Source: Yoonia sp.
GTDB taxonomy: Bacteria; Pseudomonadota; Alphaproteobacteria; Rhodobacterales; Rhodobacteraceae
NCBI GenBank assembly: GCA_965658825.1
Contig: CBFHTU010000010.1
Location: 13,866-77,865, forward strand
Length of the DNA: 64,000 nt
Reading direction: 5' to 3'
Shown here: one piece after another, positions 58,871 to 64,000 of the stretch
Layout: every line of letters begins with the position of its first letter
How positions within the stretch are numbered: position 1 is the stretch's first letter
Notes under the pieces: model-generated
What the model saw: only the letters and a program-made list of their open reading frames with translations
The model's database searches: none
Told to the model about the DNA's origin: nothing
Program-made: the position numbers and the translations under genes

Positions 58871-59197
58871 CTAATTGAGCAAACCTAACACATCTTCTGG
58901 CGGGCGTCCGATCACGGCTTGCTTCCCGACAATCACGATGGGCCGTTCGATCAAAATCGGATTGGCGAGCATCTGCGCAATCAGCGCAGTCTCATCGCCG
59001 TCAACAAACCCAGCTTCACCGCGACGCACAATCTGGGCGGCCGTTTTGCCCAAAGCAGTCAGCGCCGCACGCAGTTCCGTTTCGGTGGGCACATCTTTCA
59101 GATAGAGCCGAACATTGTGCGCCACACCTTTTGCCTCGAGGATTGCCAAGGTCTCGCGTGATTTCGAACAACGTGGATTATGCCATATCTCGATCAT
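58871..59197 (-). CDS. arsC: arsenate reductase (glutaredoxin-type) ArsC family protein
   Basis: [16 protein letters not shown] catalytic-Cys motif and ILIERPIV. 108 aa. ATGA overlap with pyrD. Confidence 0.8.
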   Translation of the reverse strand: MIEIWHNPRCSKSRETLAILEAKGVAHNVRLYLKDVPTETELRAALTALGKTAAQIVRRGEAGFVDGDETALIAQMLANPILIERPIVIVGKQAVIGRPPEDVLGLLN

Positions 59198-60243
59198 AGA
59201 AACTCCTCTCGTCCCGTGCCAACGGCGTCTGCGACATTTGCATAGCCGTCTTTGGCCAGCAAATCTTCCAAACCGCGCACGATCTCATCGGCAAGCGAAA
59301 TGCCGCCATATACAAGTGCCGTATAGAGTTGGACCGCCGATGCGCCTGCTCGAATTTTCGCATAGGCCTGCGCCGCTGATCCAATGCCACCGACCCCGAT
59401 GATCGGAAGTTTGGTACGGAGCGACAATTGCGCAACGACGCGGGTTGACTTCGCAAACAACGGCTGCCCGGACAGCCCGCCTGTTTCGGCAGCATGAGGC
59501 CCGTGCAGGCCCGAACGGTCCAAGGTCGTATTGGTCGCAATCAGCGCGTCGATACCCGAAGCATCTGCCACGGCGGCCACATCATCCATGGCGGCTTCAT
59601 CCAGATCAGGGGCGATCTTGAGGAATATTTTCACAGGCCGTGCCAGCGCCGCATTCGCAGTCATCACACCGTCGAGCAGCGCGGCCAATGCCGCTTTTCC
59701 TTGCAAATCCCGCAGCTTTTCCGTGTTGGGTGAGGACACATTGACTGTCGCAAAGTCCAGATAAGCGCCGCAGGTCGCTAGAACTTTTGCAAAATCCGCC
59801 GCACGATCCTCACTGTCCTTATTTGCCCCAAGGTTCAGCCCGATCACGCCTTTGGGACGGGCGGAGAGACGTGCCGCTATCACATCCATCCCCTGATTGT
59901 TGAACCCAAACCGGTTGATCGCGGCCCTGTCCCGTTTGAGGCGAAACAGGCGCGGCTTTGGATTGCCCTCCTGCGGGCGCGGGGTGGCCGCGCCGACCTC
60001 AAGGAAGCCAAAACCGCACTTGCTCAGCGCATGGAGCGCCGTCGCATTCTTATCAAAGCCTGCAGCCAGACCCACAGGGTTCGGCAATGCCAACCCCGCC
60101 ACGGTCGTGTGCAGGCGGTCGGACGTATAGGGCCCCGCCTTTGGGCCCAGCCCCGCATTCAAGGCCTTGATCGCCAGACCATGCGCCAGCTCGGGATCAA
60201 TCTGGCGCATCGCGGCCACGCCGATTTTTTCTAGTAATCTCAC
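59194..60243 (-). CDS. pyrD: dihydroorotate dehydrogenase (quinone)
   Basis: Class 2 PyrD. Start set at GTG 60243, which overlaps the upstream stop (GTGA). The ORF-track start at 60297 would overlap DUF952 by 58 nt. Confidence 0.9.
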   Translation of the reverse strand: MRLLEKIGVAAMRQIDPELAHGLAIKALNAGLGPKAGPYTSDRLHTTVAGLALPNPVGLAAGFDKNATALHALSKCGFGFLEVGAATPRPQEGNPKPRLFRLKRDRAAINRFGFNNQGMDVIAARLSARPKGVIGLNLGANKDSEDRAADFAKVLATCGAYLDFATVNVSSPNTEKLRDLQGKAALAALLDGVMTANAALARPVKIFLKIAPDLDEAAMDDVAAVADASGIDALIATNTTLDRSGLHGPHAAETGGLSGQPLFAKSTRVVAQLSLRTKLPIIGVGGIGSAAQAYAKIRAGASAVQLYTALVYGGISLADEIVRGLEDLLAKDGYANVADAVGTGREEFL

Positions 60244-60578
60244 GTCAAATCTCCAAATTGATGCACACCATCCGTTATGGGGAGCGGTCTCGACCAAACA
60301 ACATCCGACAAGGTCAAATCGCGGAATAAATGCGGGAACATGTCACCACCACGCGAAGGCTCCCACTTGAGCGCATCCAGACCGTCAGCCTCGACTGCGA
60401 CCAACACAAGCCCGTCGATACCTGCAAAGTAAAGCTCTGCGGTGCGCGCAACTGTTGCTACCGACGAGAAATGGATAAACCCGTCGGCCAAATCAATCGG
60501 CGCACCAGGCGTGACACCCGCGGCCTGCAATTGCGCCCATTCATCGGCGCGGAATATTTTGTAAATCAACATGGGCAT
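60240..60578 (-). CDS. DUF952 domain-containing protein
   Basis: [21 protein letters not shown]...FIHFSS...FPHLF is a typical DUF952 pattern. 112 aa. Confidence 0.8.
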   Translation of the reverse strand: MPMLIYKIFRADEWAQLQAAGVTPGAPIDLADGFIHFSSVATVARTAELYFAGIDGLVLVAVEADGLDALKWEPSRGGDMFPHLFRDLTLSDVVWSRPLPITDGVHQFGDLT

Positions 60579-60724
60579 GTCATGGCCTGTGCTGAAACTT
60601 TGGTCAAGAACTCCGCAGTCACAAAGCTGTCGCAAGGGCAACTTATACCAAACCCTGATCGGCATTTGACTCCCGCGTGTACCGTTGCCAAGCTGATCAT
60701 AATGTAACCGAAGGGGATACTTCC

Positions 60725-62284
60725 ATGCTTTCTCGTATCATGACAACCACCTGCGCAGTGGCGCTGACTGCTTCTGCCGCAGCGGCGGAGTACTCGGTGA
60801 CGATCCTACACACCAACGATTTTCACGCACGCTTTGAACCGATCAGCAAATATGACAGCGGGTGCTCTGCGGAAGACAACGCCGAGGGCAAATGCTTTGG
60901 CGGGACCGCACGTCTCGTGACAGCTGTCGCCGAGGCCCGCGCGCGCACCAACAACTCCATCCTCGTGGATGGCGGTGACCAGTTCCAAGGCACGCTGTTC
61001 TATACATATTACAAGGGTGCCATGGCCGCCGAGTTCATGAACAAACTCGGCTATGACGGCATGACTGTCGGGAACCACGAATTCGACGACGGCCCGGAGG
61101 TCCTCGCAGGCTTCATGGACACGGTCAACTTTCCGGTCCTGATGTCGAATGCTGATGTCTCTGGCGAGCCGCTTCTTGCGGGCAAACTCGCGAAGTCCAC
61201 AATTATCGAGCGCGGCGGCGAGAAAATCGGCCTGATCGGCCTGACGCCGCAAGACACCGACGAATTGGCCAGCCCCGGTGATAACGTGATCTTCACAGAC
61301 CCATCCGGGGCCGTGCAGGCAGAGGTCGATATCCTGACTGCGGAAGGCGTGAACAAGATTATCGTTCTGTCACACTCCGGCTATGGCGTTGACCAAGAGG
61401 TTGCGGCCAACACCACAGGCGTTGACGTGATCGTGGGCGGCCACAGCAACACGTTCTTGTCCAACACGGATGAGAACGCGGTCGGCCCATACCCGACGAT
61501 GGTGAACAACACCGCGATCCTGTCGGCCTATGCTTATGGTAAATTCTTGGGCGAGCTGAACGTGACCTTCGACGCTGAAGGCAACATTACCGAAGCAGTC
61601 GGCGAGCCGATCCTGATCAACGGCGACGTGGCCGAGGACGCAGAGACCGTCGCGCGGATTGCGGAGTTGGCCGTGCCACTGGAAGAAATCCGCAACAAAG
61701 TTGTGGCTACATCCGCCAGCACCATCGACGGCAACCGTGACACCTGCCGCGTGCAGGAATGCGAAATGGGCAACCTTGTGGCTGACGCGATGCTTGACCG
61801 TGTAGCCGCGCAGGGGATCCAGATCGCGATTGCAAACTCTGGCGGCTTGCGGGCCTCGATTGATGCGGGCGACGTGACCATGGGCGAAGTGCTCACTGTG
61901 CTGCCGTTCCAGAACACGCTCTCGACCTTCCACGTCTCGGGTCAAACGGTTGTGGATGCGCTTGAAAACGGCGTCTCTGAAATCGCTGACGTGGCGGGCC
62001 GCTTCCCGCAAGTGGCAGGCATGACCTTCACGGTTGATCCCGCCGCTGAAGTTGGCAGCCGCATTTCCGACGTGATGGTCGCAGGCACGCCGATTGATCT
62101 GGCCGCGACATACGGCCTTGTGTCCAACAACTATGTGCGCAACGGCGGTGACGGCTACAAGATGTTCCGCGACGCAGCCAACGCTTACGACTTCGGTCCC
62201 GACCTTGCCGACGTGACGGCAGAATACCTCGCGGCACAAGGGGGCTACACCGCCTTACTTGATGGGCGTATCACCATAAAGTAA
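60725..62284 (+). CDS. bifunctional metallophosphatase / 5'-nucleotidase (UshA-like), secreted
   Basis: Signal peptide MLSRIMTTTCAVALTASAAAA. ILHTNDFHARFEP and GNHEFD metallophosphatase motifs. Confidence 0.9.
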   Translation: MLSRIMTTTCAVALTASAAAAEYSVTILHTNDFHARFEPISKYDSGCSAEDNAEGKCFGGTARLVTAVAEARARTNNSILVDGGDQFQGTLFYTYYKGAMAAEFMNKLGYDGMTVGNHEFDDGPEVLAGFMDTVNFPVLMSNADVSGEPLLAGKLAKSTIIERGGEKIGLIGLTPQDTDELASPGDNVIFTDPSGAVQAEVDILTAEGVNKIIVLSHSGYGVDQEVAANTTGVDVIVGGHSNTFLSNTDENAVGPYPTMVNNTAILSAYAYGKFLGELNVTFDAEGNITEAVGEPILINGDVAEDAETVARIAELAVPLEEIRNKVVATSASTIDGNRDTCRVQECEMGNLVADAMLDRVAAQGIQIAIANSGGLRASIDAGDVTMGEVLTVLPFQNTLSTFHVSGQTVVDALENGVSEIADVAGRFPQVAGMTFTVDPAAEVGSRISDVMVAGTPIDLAATYGLVSNNYVRNGGDGYKMFRDAANAYDFGPDLADVTAEYLAAQGGYTALLDGRITIK

Positions 62285-62303
62285 GCTTGTAGGCTAACAA
62301 TAA

Positions 62304-62343
62304 AATAACCCCCGTCGCAGACCTGCGGCGGGGGTTATTTTTT
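62304..62343. terminator. strong bidirectional Rho-independent terminator
   Basis: 16-bp stem AATAACCCCCGTCGCA/TGCGGCGGGGGTTATT, flanked by an A-run and T6, between convergent genes. Confidence 0.85.
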
Positions 62344-62359
62344 GCTTCTTTAGAAAAGG

Positions 62360-62815
62360 TTAGGTCCTGATATTGGCAAGGTCAGTCCAGCCACCAACTT
62401 CGGGCTCTGCGATTTGACCGTCCATGGCACCAAAGAACGGTGCGCGCAAAAAGCGCTTCTTCCAAGGCTTGTAAAGCGCCATCGTCAATCCGACCCGGTG
62501 CTCCAGCAAAACCTTGATCGCGGGGGTTCTATTGTGGCCGATAAAGACGCTCTCGCTGACACCCACAGCGCGCGTTGTTGCTTTTGCGGTCACCGACCTC
62601 AGGCCGGCATGGATCATTGGCAAAACCTCGGTGGCATTGGCCATGCCCTGCTCTGGCGCCGCTCCGACCAAATTCACTTGCCCCGCGTCATTTAGAAAAG
62701 CGCCATGCGGCAAGAAGCTTCCATAGGCGATGAAAAACTGTTCGGACAGTTTGAAGAGTTCTTCCATCAAAGGCGTCATCTCGTCCGATTGTTGGTCGGG
62801 GCTTAAAATATTCAT
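62360..62815 (-). CDS. hypothetical protein
   Basis: Start at ATG 62815 (MNILSPDQQSDEMTPLMEELF...). 151 aa. I recognise no family. Confidence 0.55.
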   Translation of the reverse strand: MNILSPDQQSDEMTPLMEELFKLSEQFFIAYGSFLPHGAFLNDAGQVNLVGAAPEQGMANATEVLPMIHAGLRSVTAKATTRAVGVSESVFIGHNRTPAIKVLLEHRVGLTMALYKPWKKRFLRAPFFGAMDGQIAEPEVGGWTDLANIRT

Positions 62816-62976
62816 ACTCGAATCTCGCTTAGGTTCATAATGCGCGGAGCGTAACAAGACTTTGCGGCCATTTTATGGAACGTTCCGCGGCGCATCTGCT
62901 GGTATGGCCCTGTGCCGTTCAGCGGTTGCATGCAGAAAAATCCGGCTCTAGCCTCACTCACAAACCGGAGGCCACA

Positions 62977-63855
62977 ATGAAAACCATCCAGGCAGGCGAT
63001 CTGGATATCGCCTATGTCGAGCACGGCCCTGAAGGCGGTGCAGCTGTAATCCTGCTGCATGGCTTTCCCTACGATATCCATGCCTTTGATGCCGTCGCAC
63101 CTATTCTCGCGGCGCAAGACCTGCGGGTTCTTGTGCCCTATCTGCGCGGGTATGGCGCGACGACATTCCGCCATGCCGACACGCTGCGGTCTGGTCAGCA
63201 AGCGGCACTTGCCCATGACCTGCTGGCCTTCATGGATGCGCTGGGCGTCCAAAAGGCGACATTGGCGGGCTACGATTGGGGCGGGCGTGCGGCGTGCATC
63301 GTCGCCGCCCTCTGGCCCGAGCGTGTCGCGGGGTTGGTTAGCTGCGGGCAGGGCTACAACCTGCAAGACATCCCCAACGCGTGGAAACCGCTATCCCCTG
63401 CGCAAGAGGTACGGCTGTGGTATACTTATTACTTCAACACCTTACGCGGCGTGAAAGGGCTTACCCTCAACCGACGCGCGCTTTGCCAGCACATCTGGGG
63501 TATGTGGTCGCCGTCTTGGTCTTTTGATCAGGCCACCTTTGACGCCACTGCGCAGGCTTTCGACAATCCCGACTTCGTCGATGTCGTGATCCACTCTTAC
63601 CGGCACCGTTTGGGCGAGGTGGCAGGCGATCCGCAGTATGAGGCGACAGAGGCGCTGCTTGCCGGGCAACCCGCGATTACCGTGCCAAGCGTTGTGATGC
63701 TGGGAGCCGACGACGAGGTGACACCGCCCAGTCATCCCGACAGCGACGCCGCGCATTTCTCCGGCCCTTATCGACGCGTGCTGTTGGAGGGGGTGGGACA
63801 CAACCTGCCGCAAGAAGCGCCTGAGGCTTTTGCCGCAGCGATCTTGTCGCTTTGA
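62977..63855 (+). CDS. alpha/beta hydrolase (epoxide hydrolase/haloalkane dehalogenase-like)
   Basis: GGAGG RBS, then ATG 62977. ILLHGFPYD and GYDWGG (Asp nucleophile elbow). Confidence 0.85.
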   Translation: MKTIQAGDLDIAYVEHGPEGGAAVILLHGFPYDIHAFDAVAPILAAQDLRVLVPYLRGYGATTFRHADTLRSGQQAALAHDLLAFMDALGVQKATLAGYDWGGRAACIVAALWPERVAGLVSCGQGYNLQDIPNAWKPLSPAQEVRLWYTYYFNTLRGVKGLTLNRRALCQHIWGMWSPSWSFDQATFDATAQAFDNPDFVDVVIHSYRHRLGEVAGDPQYEATEALLAGQPAITVPSVVMLGADDEVTPPSHPDSDAAHFSGPYRRVLLEGVGHNLPQEAPEAFAAAILSL

Positions 63856-63906
63856 GCGCCGCGCAAGTGTCTGGTGCGGCACGCGCTTTGCACGCATAAT
63901 GATGTC

Positions 63907-64000
63907 ATGTGCGGACGAATGGCGATCACCTTGCCCCATGATGCGATGGCCCAGATGTTTGACGCGAGTCTGTCAAACGACCTGCCAGACGTGCCCGACT
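63907..64000 (+). CDS. SOS response-associated peptidase (SRAP/YedK-like), 5' fragment at the window edge
   Basis: Begins MCGRMAITLPHDAMAQMFDA; the MCGR N-terminus with catalytic Cys2 is the SRAP hallmark. Truncated by the window end. Confidence 0.65.
   Translation, partial: MCGRMAITLPHDAMAQMFDASLSNDLPDVPD

Overview
High-GC segment that looks like an alphaproteobacterial (Rhodobacterales-like, inferred) chromosome. It is densely packed with core and catabolic genes. Recognisable modules, left to right: lldD, trpA and ychF; tRNA-Ser(GCU); a sugar-acid/sugar ABC uptake cluster; MarR-hmgA-fahA (homogentisate pathway); a minus-strand polyol ABC operon with an embedded AraC regulator and a mannitol-dehydrogenase-family gene; glyA, nadK, prpE and maeB; a cdd-deoA-deoB-add-upp nucleoside salvage operon; a SPOR-domain protein; a long minus-strand beta-oxidation block (two MerR regulators, acyl-CoA dehydrogenase, small orphan ORF, GST, thiolase, two paralogous small ORFs, FadB-like enzyme); a tandem PaaI thioesterase pair; a MATE pump; and DUF952-pyrD-arsC. 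By eye I found no rRNA, CRISPR array, transposase, integrase or phage genes, so most of the window is ordinary. I do not see a clear multi-gene novel system. The candidates worth a second look are small. (1) An exact 19-nt palindromic element recurs 6-7 nt after two stop codons. (2) An AT-rich 180-bp element has 21-nt inverted repeats plus a third motif copy, and sits next to an orphan RHH-like ORF inside the fad cluster. (3) A KAP-type NTPase lacks its P-loop and lies in a lower-GC pocket. (4) An orphan acidic, signal-less cadherin/VCBS-like protein lies beside the tRNA. (5) An orphan plus-strand mini transcription unit lies between prpE and maeB. (6) A G10 tract sits inside an MFS gene. Many long ORFs in the track are antisense shadows of real genes. 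All CDS coordinates were derived from the ORF track by codon arithmetic and include the stop codon.
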